A stretch of DNA of 44,931 nt, from sequence record KY295893.1; one strand, 5' to 3'. Positions within the stretch are counted from its first letter, which is position 1. Every line of letters begins with the position of its first letter. This stretch comes from Escherichia phage vB_EcoP_D. Shown piece by piece: positions 27,340-36,500 of the stretch. A program made the translations under genes and the position numbers. The notes under the pieces are model-generated. The model made no database searches. It was not told where the DNA came from and saw nothing but the letters and a program-made list of their open reading frames with translations.

Positions 27340-27675
27340 TTACGCACTGACAATGTGTTTACCTAGAATGTAAACATCTACATCTATGTCTATTTCAACT
27401 TGTGCTGTATGGAATACATGTACTTCTAATCTAGTATCTGACACTTTAGTAATCCAAGCTGTACAAAGTGTAGGTGTACTTAATGATACAAGTGATGCCC
27501 ACGAAGAATCTAAATCTCCTGTTGCAGGTACTTCTATCTCAATTTTAGTATCTTCACTTGGGACTACACCTTCAAATGTAACACGCCTTTTAGATAGTAA
27601 ATTATCCAATAATGTAGCTAGTACAGTATCTCTATGTAGTAAGCCAGTTGTCTTGGGTTTAGTTAACTTAGCCAT
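27340..27675 (-). CDS. 111-aa ORF upstream of the endosialidase (possible remnant of a second tail protein)
   Basis: ATG 27675 (MAKLTKPK) with RBS AGGAGAG, directly downstream of promoter 27755..27777. A 111-aa ORF in this position is what I recall for K1E. Confidence 0.55.
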   Translation of the reverse strand: MAKLTKPKTTGLLHRDTVLATLLDNLLSKRRVTFEGVVPSEDTKIEIEVPATGDLDSSWASLVSLSTPTLCTAWITKVSDTRLEVHVFHTAQVEIDIDVDVYILGKHIVSA

Positions 27676-27754
27676 ATACTCTCCTATTACTTCCCAACCC
27701 TCCCTATGAAGATTGGCTAGTAATAGGCCGCTCAAAAGAACGGCACTATCTTAT

Positions 27755-27777
27755 CTCTTCTATAGTGTCAGTAAATC
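27755..27777 (-). promoter_or_regulatory. phage RNAP promoter upstream of the tailspike module (GATTTACTGACACTATAGAAGAG)
   Basis: -10 to +6 (TGACACTATAGAAGAG) identical to the SP6 consensus; upstream part shifted relative to the main class; +1 G at 27760. Confidence 0.6.
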
Positions 27778-27805
27778 GTAAGACACTGATACATAAAACT
27801 ATGTA

Positions 27806-28003
27806 TTAATTATACCCGTGTTCTAGCGAGAGAATGTACATACCTAATTTTGTAGCGTCAGGTTTACTGAAGCAGACTTTATCGTCCACCTCGTAGACTG
27901 CCGTAAGCGTCGGCTTCAGAGGCTTCACCTTTGGATTCTCTGGTAACGCCGTCTGACACCCTGAAGTGATCAGCGAACCAATCAGCAGGATTGTCGCTAG
28001 CAT
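27806..28003 (-). CDS. candidate outer-membrane spanin (Rz1-like lipoprotein)
   Basis: 65 aa from ATG 28003 (RBS GAGG): MLATILLIGSLITSGC followed by Pro-rich QTALPENPKVKPLKP; lipobox is imperfect; embedded in another frame of the ORF below. Confidence 0.4.
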   Translation of the reverse strand: MLATILLIGSLITSGCQTALPENPKVKPLKPTLTAVYEVDDKVCFSKPDATKLGMYILSLEHGYN

Positions 28004-28100
28004 GATTCGCCTCACTTTGTGCCTCCTTCTCTTCCTTCTTCTTCTTAGCGGCAAGCAGCAGGCCAATAAGACCTGCTACCACCTCTAGCACCTTATTCAC
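27879..28100 (-). CDS. candidate inner-membrane spanin-like protein (GTG start, no RBS)
   Basis: 73-aa ORF with N-terminal TM-like VLEVVAGLIGLLLAA then charged region; starts at GTG overlapping the upstream stop; short for an Rz. Confidence 0.3.
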   Translation of the reverse strand: MNKVLEVVAGLIGLLLAAKKKKEEKEAQSEANHASDNPADWFADHFRVSDGVTRESKGEASEADAYGSLRGGR

Positions 28101-28242
28101 AGGTGATTACTTGGCATACCACGTCAGTGACGGAACCTTCAGTACCTTCACCTAGGTCTACGCCAAGACCTACAGAAACAAGAGCAATCACCAGTGCAAC
28201 CAGTGCACCTACCACTTTCTTAGACTTAAACAGCTTTTTCAT
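28093..28242 (-). CDS. hypothetical small membrane protein (49 aa)
   Basis: MKKLFKSKKVVGALVALVIALVSVGLGVDLGEGTEGSVTDVVCQVITCE, RBS GGGAG; single TM; below track cutoff. Could be a holin or antiholin. Confidence 0.35.
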   Translation of the reverse strand: MKKLFKSKKVVGALVALVIALVSVGLGVDLGEGTEGSVTDVVCQVITCE

Positions 28243-28350
28243 TACATCTCCCTTTCCATTGAGCTAATAAGTCCGAGTAGTTCTTCCAGTCATCATAGTT
28301 GCCATCCTCGGCAGCTTGAGCAACCATGCGCTCGCACCATTCAATACATC

Positions 28351-28695
28351 TTACCATCGTGCACATCCCTCTCTTACATCAATGTGGGTGAAATTAGGAT
28401 AAGACCCAATGCCATATTTATTGGGGTAGCGTGCTGTTAGATAGGACCATACACGGTAAGGTGTAATACCTTGTACCTTAATGTCAGCAGCCTTACCAGT
28501 AAGATGCATGGAGTTCTTAGCACCTCCCACATTAGCATTGTGCTTAGCACAGCGGTGTCCAGAAGTAATAACTACAGGAGCACCAAAGTGCTCACGTACA
28601 TCTGTGACTACCTGTAGTAACTCAGCATCTACTGTGGATGTACCGCACCCACAACGGCAAGCGAACTCACGGCGCTTGAAGTGTTTGTTAAGCAT
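28351..28695 (-). CDS. endolysin, peptidase M15 family (L-alanyl-D-glutamate peptidase-like)
   Basis: 114 aa from ATG 28695 (MLNKHF, RBS GAGG); SGHRC...D...H zinc-peptidase signature (VVITSGHRCAKHN, HLTGKAADI, FTHIDV); track start 28764 is GTG. Confidence 0.75.
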   Translation of the reverse strand: MLNKHFKRREFACRCGCGTSTVDAELLQVVTDVREHFGAPVVITSGHRCAKHNANVGGAKNSMHLTGKAADIKVQGITPYRVWSYLTARYPNKYGIGSYPNFTHIDVREGCARW

Positions 28696-28715
28696 TATTG
28701 ACCTCGTCTTTACAA

Positions 28716-29003
28716 TTAAGCCGCAGGTGTTACAGGGTCCGACTCCATAGTAGTTGCATCCCACTTGTCGGTGGGTTCACTCCCACGTGCAATAGCGATG
28801 TACAAGGATTGGTTTGTTTTCTCTACAGCAACCATGGCGCCTTTCTGTTTACCAGAGAGGTGTTTAATGTTGATAGGATGATCTTTCTTCTTAAGGTCTG
28901 CTTCAGCAACAATAGGCAAAGGGATTGCCGTTGCAGTGGTTTGTCCAGTTTTTACTCGAAAAGCCTGACCAGTAACAGTACCTGCGGTTCCATATTTAGA
29001 CAT
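28716..29003 (-). CDS. hypothetical protein, paralog of 29016..29294
   Basis: 95-aa ORF, RBS AGGAGAG; shares SGKQKGAMV...IAIA block with the adjacent gene. Confidence 0.5.
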   Translation of the reverse strand: MSKYGTAGTVTGQAFRVKTGQTTATAIPLPIVAEADLKKKDHPINIKHLSGKQKGAMVAVEKTNQSLYIAIARGSEPTDKWDATTMESDPVTPAA

Positions 29004-29015
29004 GTAACTCTCCTC

Positions 29016-29294
29016 TTAAGCTGGGTAAATAGTAGTGACCGCTTTATTAGCTGTCAACCAATTGGAATCTTCTTTGCCATCAACTGCGATAGCAATAACC
29101 AGGTTATCATGTGTATCAAGACACACCATGGCCCCTTTCTGCTTACCTGATTTGGTGGCATCATTAATAACATCACCTTTCTTCTCAACAGTGTCCTCGT
29201 AAACTACAGGAAGCATCAGGGCTTCACTCACAGGTTGTATCTGCTTACGAGCAGACTTACCTGTAAGGGGTTGTGTACTATAACTATTAGACAT
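29016..29294 (-). CDS. hypothetical protein, paralog of 28716..29003
   Basis: 92 aa from ATG 29294 (MSNSYSTQ, RBS AGGAGAGAGA); track start 29354 is GTG. Confidence 0.5.
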   Translation of the reverse strand: MSNSYSTQPLTGKSARKQIQPVSEALMLPVVYEDTVEKKGDVINDATKSGKQKGAMVCLDTHDNLVIAIAVDGKEDSNWLTANKAVTTIYPA

Positions 29295-29427
29295 TCTCTC
29301 TCCTATTATGTAAGTATAGTAAGGAAGTAAGGAATAGGGTGTACAGGAGTACACCCATACTAAGGAATACCTATATAACCTAGGTTAACCTATATTATCC
29401 TTGTTATTTCTCTTATTATCTGGGCCT

Positions 29428-29450
29428 TCCTTCTATAGTGTCCGGTAATT
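29428..29450 (-). promoter_or_regulatory. phage RNAP promoter, main subclass (AATTACCGGACACTATAGAAGGA)
   Basis: +1 G at 29433; overlaps the terminase stop codon; upstream of the paralog pair and lysis genes. Confidence 0.55.
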
Positions 29451-30180
29451 AATAAGTCCTTGAAATCCTTGCAGAAAGTGTATTTCTGCTTGCCGATTTA
29501 CTCCTGTAATTCTGACCGTATACTCTTTGCTGCATAGCCACGGAAGTGTTGGTTACTCTTCGCTCAGTGCCATAATCTCCATAGAGCATTGCCCTACGGA
29601 GGTGAGGTGTGTTCATAGCTTGGATATAATCGCGCATCTCCTGCGCTCTGAGGCGATTAATCCGTGTAACCTCGTCATAGTCTATCTGAGAAGTTAATTG
29701 CCGTATAGCGCCATACAGCGCGTCTAAGCGGTCATCGTGCCGGAGGCTGTTCTTCTCAATCGTGATGTTCGACATTTGATTGAAAAGGCTGTATGACATG
29801 CGTAGTTCAAGCGGATAGTGCTGTACCGACTCAAAATCAGACTTGACCATCTCTGCGTTGAAGATGAGCCTGTGGGCCGCCATTAGTGGCTCTAGTGTTT
29901 CAATGATACGCAACTCTTTCTGTCCGGTGGCGTAATCTTCCTCCAGAGTCACAGGCCACTCTCGTTCAAAGTATGGCTTTATAACGGCCTCAAACGCGCC
30001 ATGACCAAAGTTCTTTTCAATGAATACCTCTTTAACACCTGCCTGCTTTGCGGCCTGCACAATGCGATTCAGGGACGATTCGCGGTATCCTCCCGGCACA
30101 CCAAAGCACTGATACACATAAATGAATGTGCCGTGCAGGAAGACGATAGCCACACCCGTTTCATCCCCATTCTTACCTCC
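29449..30180 (-). CDS. terminase large subunit, exon 2 (nuclease domain)
   Basis: Encodes GGKNGDETGVAIVFLHG... and a downstream HDDRLDAL acidic motif; in frame with exon 1 after removal of 30181..30926; spliced product ~633 aa. Confidence 0.75.
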   Translation of the reverse strand, partial: GGKNGDETGVAIVFLHGTFIYVYQCFGVPGGYRESSLNRIVQAAKQAGVKEVFIEKNFGHGAFEAVIKPYFEREWPVTLEEDYATGQKELRIIETLEPLMAAHRLIFNAEMVKSDFESVQHYPLELRMSYSLFNQMSNITIEKNSLRHDDRLDALYGAIRQLTSQIDYDEVTRINRLRAQEMRDYIQAMNTPHLRRAMLYGDYGTERRVTNTSVAMQQRVYGQNYRSKSASRNTLSARISRTY

Positions 30181-30706
30181 CGGTTTGAACGTGACGTGCG
30201 AGCCAACCCTTGTGGTGTTTACGTAAACCATGTGCCACCTTACGCATATTCTGAGGTGTTAGGTTGTGCTCTTTACAGAAGTCAGTAATGCAAGTTACAA
30301 GAAACTCTTCACCATCTGGAGAAGTGAATATGTAATCTTTGCCAGTACCTTTGTTGTAAGGTGTCATGCCTTTCTTGAACTCAGTGGCAACAGACAAGTG
30401 CTGTCCTTTCTTGATTTCAGTGGCAATACTTATGCGTTCACCTTTCTCGATGTTACCTGCTTTGCGATAACCACCTTTACCCTTATTCCAACCCATGTTG
30501 TCATGTGGGCGTAGCTTCTCTTCTAGTGCATAACACTCTTCTTTGCTACCAGTGAATAAGATAACGTACTCGCGGCCATCACAAAGACGGCCTGCACACT
30601 TGTGCTCTCTCATACGCTTCTTAATATCGGAGGTTACACCAATATAACCTTGCATTACATCAGTTTCACCAACAACACGAATATGATAAACTTTATGCTC
30701 TGTCAT
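30173..30706 (-). CDS. GIY-YIG homing endonuclease, intron-encoded
   Basis: 177 aa, RBS AAGGGAG; N-terminal KVYHIRVVGETDVMQGYIGVTSDIKKRMREH fits the GIY...YIG...R...E pattern, followed by repeated basic GxxxxxxxIATExKKG segments; stop codon lies 6-8 nt past the predicted 3' splice site. Confidence 0.85.
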   Translation of the reverse strand: MTEHKVYHIRVVGETDVMQGYIGVTSDIKKRMREHKCAGRLCDGREYVILFTGSKEECYALEEKLRPHDNMGWNKGKGGYRKAGNIEKGERISIATEIKKGQHLSVATEFKKGMTPYNKGTGKDYIFTSPDGEEFLVTCITDFCKEHNLTPQNMRKVAHGLRKHHKGWLARHVQTGR

Positions 30707-30926
30707 ATTTAACTCCCTTCAATTGTTACGTTAATTCGCTACTTTAACTTCTACTAGTCACCTAGTAGGTCGGACTATATCTTAGGCTTGCGCCTCCCTC
30801 TGTTTCAGACCGCTTGGCCTTACAGTTAGTCTCTACACGTTCCTGTTATTGCAACAGGCTTCGCTCGGTATTGTCTCAGTGAGAGTTCCACCGAATTAAG
30901 AGGGTTTTACGCTGGCAGAGGTGTTT
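30181..30926 (-). mobile_element. group I intron in the terminase large-subunit gene
   Basis: Intron RNA contains matches to the group I core elements: P-like AAUUCGGUGGAA (30886..30897), Q-like AAUACCGAGC (30863..30872), R-like GUGUAGAGACUAAC (30825..30838), S AAGAUAUAGUCCG (30771..30783). Predicted P1 pairs exon GCUGGU with GCCAGC (30911..30916) with a U.G at the splice site; predicted P10 pairs exon 2 GGAGGU with ACCUCU; last intron base is G. Confidence 0.75.
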
Positions 30927-32096
30927 ACCAGCGGGGTCAATGTACATAATTTTACGGGTGACAGCGCCCCATTCATACGGTCGGGCCACAGGGCGATACA
31001 TAAAGTCTGTAGGCTTATTGCCATACTTCGGTGCATCGCCAATGATGTTAATAGAGTCGTTGCTCCATGTAGGCATCACAGGGACTTCCTCTGTACCGAA
31101 TGAAGTGAAGATGAGGTTGTTCAGGCGTAGCGGATAGCGGTCAGCATCCATCATGCGAGTGTTAAGCATAAACTGAAGCTGGAACTTAGCCGCACCCTGC
31201 GAGATTTCCTTCTCAATCAGCACATCATCATCATACATTTCAGGTGCACAAGGGGCACCACTATTGCCATCCAAGCCATACCCTGAGCGAAGTGCTGGGT
31301 TGTCCTTCATATCCTGCACAATCATAGGTGCAAGGAAGTCGCCATAGCATTGCTCCTGCTCCACTGAGGGATAACGTGCAGTCCAGATACGAACAGAGTA
31401 ACCACGAGCAGGTAGGTTATTGTAGATAGAGTTTACGTTCTGAGGAGTACCAAGGTAGATAATATCACCAAACTGGTTAATAGATTCAAACTCCTTGGTC
31501 AGTTCCTCAAGCAAGGCACGTCCTGCCGCTGTACGAGCATTCTGCATTGACTCAACGTCATCTGCTAGGATGATATCTGCACGCGCACCCTGCATACCTG
31601 CTTCGATTGAGTAACAAGACACAGAAGGCGACTTGTCACTGCCACGTAGGGTGTAATGAATCTCAAATGCCTTAACTGAGGCACGGTCCCCTGCGTAGAT
31701 GTCCGGTAGCATAAACTCAAGAAAGTCTAGGCCACGGAAGATTTTAACTACCCAACCTGCGATTTCCTCTGCTCGCTTGGCGTTTTGGGATACAACCATG
31801 ATACGCTTATGCGGTTCATGAATGATACGGAATACTGTATAGATTGCTGATAGTGTTGTCTTAGCGATACCACGAGGCGCTTCGATGAGGCGATACTTGT
31901 GTCCGTAGAATAGGAACTTCAAGATATCAGCCTGCATACGAATCAGATGAGGGTTGCCTGCAATTAAGTTATGAATAACTGTGTCTGCAAAGAGAAGCAA
32001 ACCTTCCGCTGTGTAAGGAAAGGTCTGCTGTAACTCCTGTAGCATCTCCCATCTGGCAAGAGCCTCCGCTTGTGATTCTCTTGCCTTAGCCATCAA
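30927..32096 (-). CDS. terminase large subunit, exon 1 (ATPase domain)
   Basis: Encodes 390 aa up to ...KIMYIDPAG; track ORF continues 16 codons into the intron to a stop (...KHLCQRKTLLIRWNSH). ATG at 32093 follows an in-frame TTG at 32096. Confidence 0.8.
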
Positions 32097-32392
32097 TCCT
32101 CCTTAGTGAATTGAATAATCTTGCCACTTGATGCCTCTCGGATAGCCTTGAGGCGCTTAGATAGCTTGGACTCCTCCTGCTGTGCAGCGGGTGTAGCGGT
32201 AATACCATTATCAAGAACCCACTTACACATAGCTCCAATGTCTTTACCAGAGACTAAATGCAGTGCTGCATCTGGGTCTTCTTCTATAGTGTCCAGTATT
32301 GCCTGTGCTTTCTTATTAAAGATTTTGGTAATAGCACCATGTAGAATGCCAACCTCGTCTTCCGTAGCTGCATGTTTATTGTGTACGCTCAT
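32093..32392 (-). CDS. candidate terminase small subunit
   Basis: 99 aa from ATG 32392 (MSVHNKHA, strong RBS GGAGGAGGAG); assigned by position immediately upstream of the large subunit (T7 gene 18 position); no sequence motif recognised. Confidence 0.5.
   Translation of the reverse strand: MSVHNKHAATEDEVGILHGAITKIFNKKAQAILDTIEEDPDAALHLVSGKDIGAMCKWVLDNGITATPAAQQEESKLSKRLKAIREASSGKIIQFTKED
32279..32301 (-). promoter_or_regulatory. promoter-like sequence inside the small-terminase gene (CAATACTGGACACTATAGAAGAA)
   Basis: Core identical to main-class promoters, upstream AT-rich part weaker; +1 G at 32284. Confidence 0.4.
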
Positions 32393-32570
32393 GGCTCCTC
32401 CTCCATAGTTTAATCTTGGTATAAAACCAGTCTCCAATTTGCAACACGGTATAAATGAATGTTGCTATTAACACCCAATTATCCCAACTGATACCGAGGA
32501 AGTACCCACCTGATACTAATGCAGGTGGCGCCAGCTTCACACCACTATCTACCAGTTCGGAGTTAATCAT
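32376..32570 (-). CDS. candidate holin (T7 gene 17.5 position)
   Basis: 64-aa ORF with hydrophobic core WVLIATFIYTVLQIGDWFY and basic C-terminus KLWRRSHERTQ; sits between tail-fibre adaptor and terminase. Confidence 0.5.
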   Translation of the reverse strand: MINSELVDSGVKLAPPALVSGGYFLGISWDNWVLIATFIYTVLQIGDWFYTKIKLWRRSHERTQ

Positions 32571-32579
32571 CTCACCTCC

Positions 32580-33542
32580 TTACACTAGTTGTAGCTTCAC
32601 ACTTACGACACACTCAGGTAATGGCTCACTGAAAGTGATAGTAGACCCTACGATTTCATAAGCATTATTAGGTTGATACAGGCCATCCAAGTATACATCA
32701 AGACGTTGGAAAGCCGTTACAATGTCGATAGATTGTGTACCTTCACTCACTGCTTGTGTAAAGAGGATAGTATCCGCACTTGTAGGTGGGGTTAAGCGAC
32801 TACCGATAAGCACATAAACTTCATCCCCAGCCTGTAATGGCTCGGACAGGGTTATAACATCATACCCCACTGATACTGCACCTGCTAGTTCATGCTGGAA
32901 TACACCGTTTATAAACACCATAGCATCATCAAATGAGTAAGGTGGTCGAATGATTTGCTCTCCACCGGAGGCGACCATATACCAAGGAATCGTGCGATGA
33001 GATACACCAGACACCATTCCTCTCTTAATACCAGCAATCTCTATATCTTGTGCAGAGTTCCAATCAGTATGCTTCTTGTCGATAGCATCTAGCTGTGATT
33101 TATTTACTGCATCTTTTGGATTCTCACCATCAGCTAGGTCAGTAATCTTATTGCCGCCCCAGCTTACATTCTGCTTAATGAAGTATCCTTCTGGATAAAA
33201 CCCATCAAGTAACTCCTGTGTAATCTCCAGTATATGAATGAAAGAGCCATTTAAAGACTTCATATCCAAGGTAACACCACGGTCAAACTCAGCGTATGGA
33301 TATTCCTTTTGTACTTCCCTTCGAATACGGAACTTCAAACCTGCAACAGGTGCTACATCAAAAGTGATTTGATGCGTACCAGTTAATTGCCAGCCAGATG
33401 TAACCTCAATCCAAGTGTTACCTTGAAGAGATTCCACTATCACATCTGAGGCACGAAGATAGCCTTTATCCCTGCCAGCAAAGCTAAAGGGATAGGTTAC
33501 TTGCGTACCGTTGGCTATATGTTCTGTGAAAGTATAACTCAT
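32580..33542 (-). CDS. tail-fibre/tailspike adaptor protein (T7 gp17 N-terminal-domain-like)
   Basis: 320 aa from ATG 33542 (overlaps upstream stop as ATGA); N-terminus MSYTFTEHIANGTQVTYPFSFAGRDKGYLRASDVIV follows the pattern of T7 tail-fibre N-termini; too short to be a full fibre. Confidence 0.65.
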   Translation of the reverse strand: MSYTFTEHIANGTQVTYPFSFAGRDKGYLRASDVIVESLQGNTWIEVTSGWQLTGTHQITFDVAPVAGLKFRIRREVQKEYPYAEFDRGVTLDMKSLNGSFIHILEITQELLDGFYPEGYFIKQNVSWGGNKITDLADGENPKDAVNKSQLDAIDKKHTDWNSAQDIEIAGIKRGMVSGVSHRTIPWYMVASGGEQIIRPPYSFDDAMVFINGVFQHELAGAVSVGYDVITLSEPLQAGDEVYVLIGSRLTPPTSADTILFTQAVSEGTQSIDIVTAFQRLDVYLDGLYQPNNAYEIVGSTITFSEPLPECVVSVKLQLV

Positions 33543-36500
33543 CAATCCTCCAGTTCATCTAAGCCATAACGCAATGCGTTCTGGATTCCTATTACATTAG
33601 TTAGAGGCACTAAGCGTAAAGCCCTACGTGCCACATCTACACCTTCTGTATCACCCTCTGCATATTTAGTTATAGAATCTGCTAAACGATATGCATCTTG
33701 ACCAACACCTACTAGTGGTATTTGGTCTATCAAACCTTTAGTCTGAAAGCCAGCCTCATAACGGGATTGTACTAACTCAGAAGGTAGAACACCTAGGCCA
33801 CCTAAGAAATCTCCACCTAGACTAAATACAGCAGTTGTACTCATCATACCCATTGCACCAAAGGCCAACCCTTTAGGCGATAACTTCTCTTCCAAATATT
33901 CATCTTGGTCTTCTCGCCCAATAGAGTTCACATAGGCTTTTGCCGCATACACTATTGAACCCAAAGCAAACCCGTAAGCTGTCTTCTTAGCAAGACCAAT
34001 TTTATCGTGGCGAATCCCTCGACCAAATTGCTTCTCACCAGATACAAGAGAGAATGACTTAAGCTGTGCAAATGTCTTACCTAGTGCTTTGTTCATCCAG
34101 ATACCTTCATCACCAATGAAGTTACGTTGGATAATTAGACCTGACTTACGACGAATAGCATTAGCTAAAGTTTCACCCATGGCATAAGGCATTGTATCAA
34201 AGCCAAGCAAGCCAGAACCTTTAGAGTTAGCATCATAGTGCTTCTGTAGGTTAGTCATGAACTCCTGAGTAAGACCAAGTTCCTCCAGTTTCTTCTGAGG
34301 AATAATCTTCTTGCCTTCAAGGTGGTCAATGAAAGACAAAGCTATTTGCCTATTGGTCATTCGCTCCAGAGAACCCTGTGCCATGCGGAAGAGTGATAGG
34401 TTGGTTTGAGCACGACGTATTGAGTTCATGGATTGGTCAAAGTGAGCCATCATTCCTTTTACTGTGGTTACATCACCAAACTCATCTGGACGTGCACCCT
34501 TGGTTGTTAGCCAGTTATCCTCACCAATGTAACCTACCATCCTCTCTACTTCTGCCAAGTTCTTATCTCGGAAGAAGCCATCACCGCTCCGCAAAGCCTT
34601 AGATGTAAAGCGGAATTGCTTACCTAAAGCTATAGTGGTTGCAGCAATACCAAACTCACCCATGAAGTTAGCAAGTTCACCCAGCTGTGCGAAGCCCATC
34701 TGACCTAAGCGAAGTACACCTGTAATGTCACGACCACGACGCAGCATTTTAGTAGACAAAGCCTGTGGGTCTGCATCGATAGATTTACCCATAATCAAGC
34801 GAAGCCCTTCTCGCATCTGACGGATTTCTTCATCAATAGCCAGACCTGCTGCTTCATCTTTCTCTTTCAATTTAAGTCGCTTCTTTAGCTCTTCAATCTT
34901 CTCTTGTGCCTTCTTGTAATCAGGCTCTGATTGACGAATCTTAGCAGACTCCGCTTCAAATTGTGCGTGTGCTTTTGTATCTTTAGCTGCATTTCGTGCA
35001 TTTCGCTCTACAAGGTCAATTGCATTAAGTGCAGCCTGATAGGTAGAGAAACCTTGACGAGCCAAGGCAGCACCACCTGCCGCTTCCTTCATGTAGTTAT
35101 CTGTTAACTCTTCCACGTTAGTATTCATAAAGTCACGCATACGAATGCCATTGTACTCTTGAGTAACATCTAAGCCTAAACTCATCTTAGCTCGGTTAGA
35201 GATATTATCTTTGGTTTCTTTATTATCCAGAGCTTCTACCATCTTTTCAATTTCTTCATCACTGAAGCCTGCCTTGCGCATTATTGCTTCATACTCTGCT
35301 TTAGTCTGACCAGACATAGCCTTTTCGAAACTCATACGTCCTGTCAGAGTGGCATCCACAACACGGTTTACTTGTGCTCGTGCAATTTCATCCGCTACTT
35401 CTTTTGGAATTTTACGAGCGCCGTTCTGATAAGCACGAGAGAATAACTCAATGATATCTTCTTTATCGTGCATACCGAATTGACGACGAGCCTTCATACT
35501 GTCAAAAATATCAGGCATGTACTTATCATCTGCTTTAACCTTTTCAAACCCAGCTTCACCAGAGCGTTGACGTAATGCTAATGCTTCACGATACATAGCT
35601 TGCTGCCCCTCTGCTGCCATACGGATAGACTTAGGCGTAGCCTCATCCATACCGATGCGTACAGCTTCCCATACCTTCTCATTATATTGCTGCACATAGT
35701 GAGAGTTAGTATGGCCTGCAACTGGATTGATATTATTTTCTTTGAGCCATAAGTCAAACCCGTCATTGAAACGGTTCATATCAGCAGACTTCAGTCGATT
35801 CAAGTTGGTATTCTGCATAAGACTGGCAGATGCCTTTTGCATACCTAAACCTTGCGGAGACTCAAACAGGCGAGCACCGAGGCCACGAACACTAGCATCC
35901 TGAGAGGAGTGCACGACAGTCCCAAGGGCAGACATAGTTCCGGCCCAGCGGCGAGGTGTCATATCAATTGCATTACCTTCCCGCTGTAGGGTTTTCAGCA
36001 AATCTTCACCTTTGCTAGAGATATCAAATGCACCCTCAGTGAGTACCTCTTCGCCCTTAACACGCATCGCACCGATACTGTCATCAGCAACAGCACGCAC
36101 ATAGCGGTCCCCTGCGTCTGCACTGCGCACAATGCTCGCAGCCCTGTCATCCCCTTGCTCACTGAGCTTAGTGGCCCTACCACGCGCTACAGCTCCAATA
36201 ACGCCACCCATAGCCATACCGGAACCTAGTGCTACCATAATGTCATCTAAATCACGAGTCATGTCACCTTGGACCAATACGGATTCAATAGCGGCATTAC
36301 TCACGCCAGCGGCGATAGCGCCACGCACAGCACGGCCTACGAGTCCAACTTTAGCTGCACCACCGGTTGGAATAGAGGCAACCCAACCCACTGGGTCAAG
36401 CACAGCAGCGCCAATCGTTGCCACAGAGCCGGCCCATCCAGCCTGAGCAATGCGCTTATTGCGCTCAAGGTCTTCATCAGCATTCTGAATACGGAAGTTC

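Noticed and set aside
29449-30231. Terminase C-terminal half as an independent gene starting at the ATG at 30231
   Set aside because: The region upstream holds group I intron core elements and the split falls inside a conserved nuclease motif, so a spliced single protein is more likely than two polypeptides.
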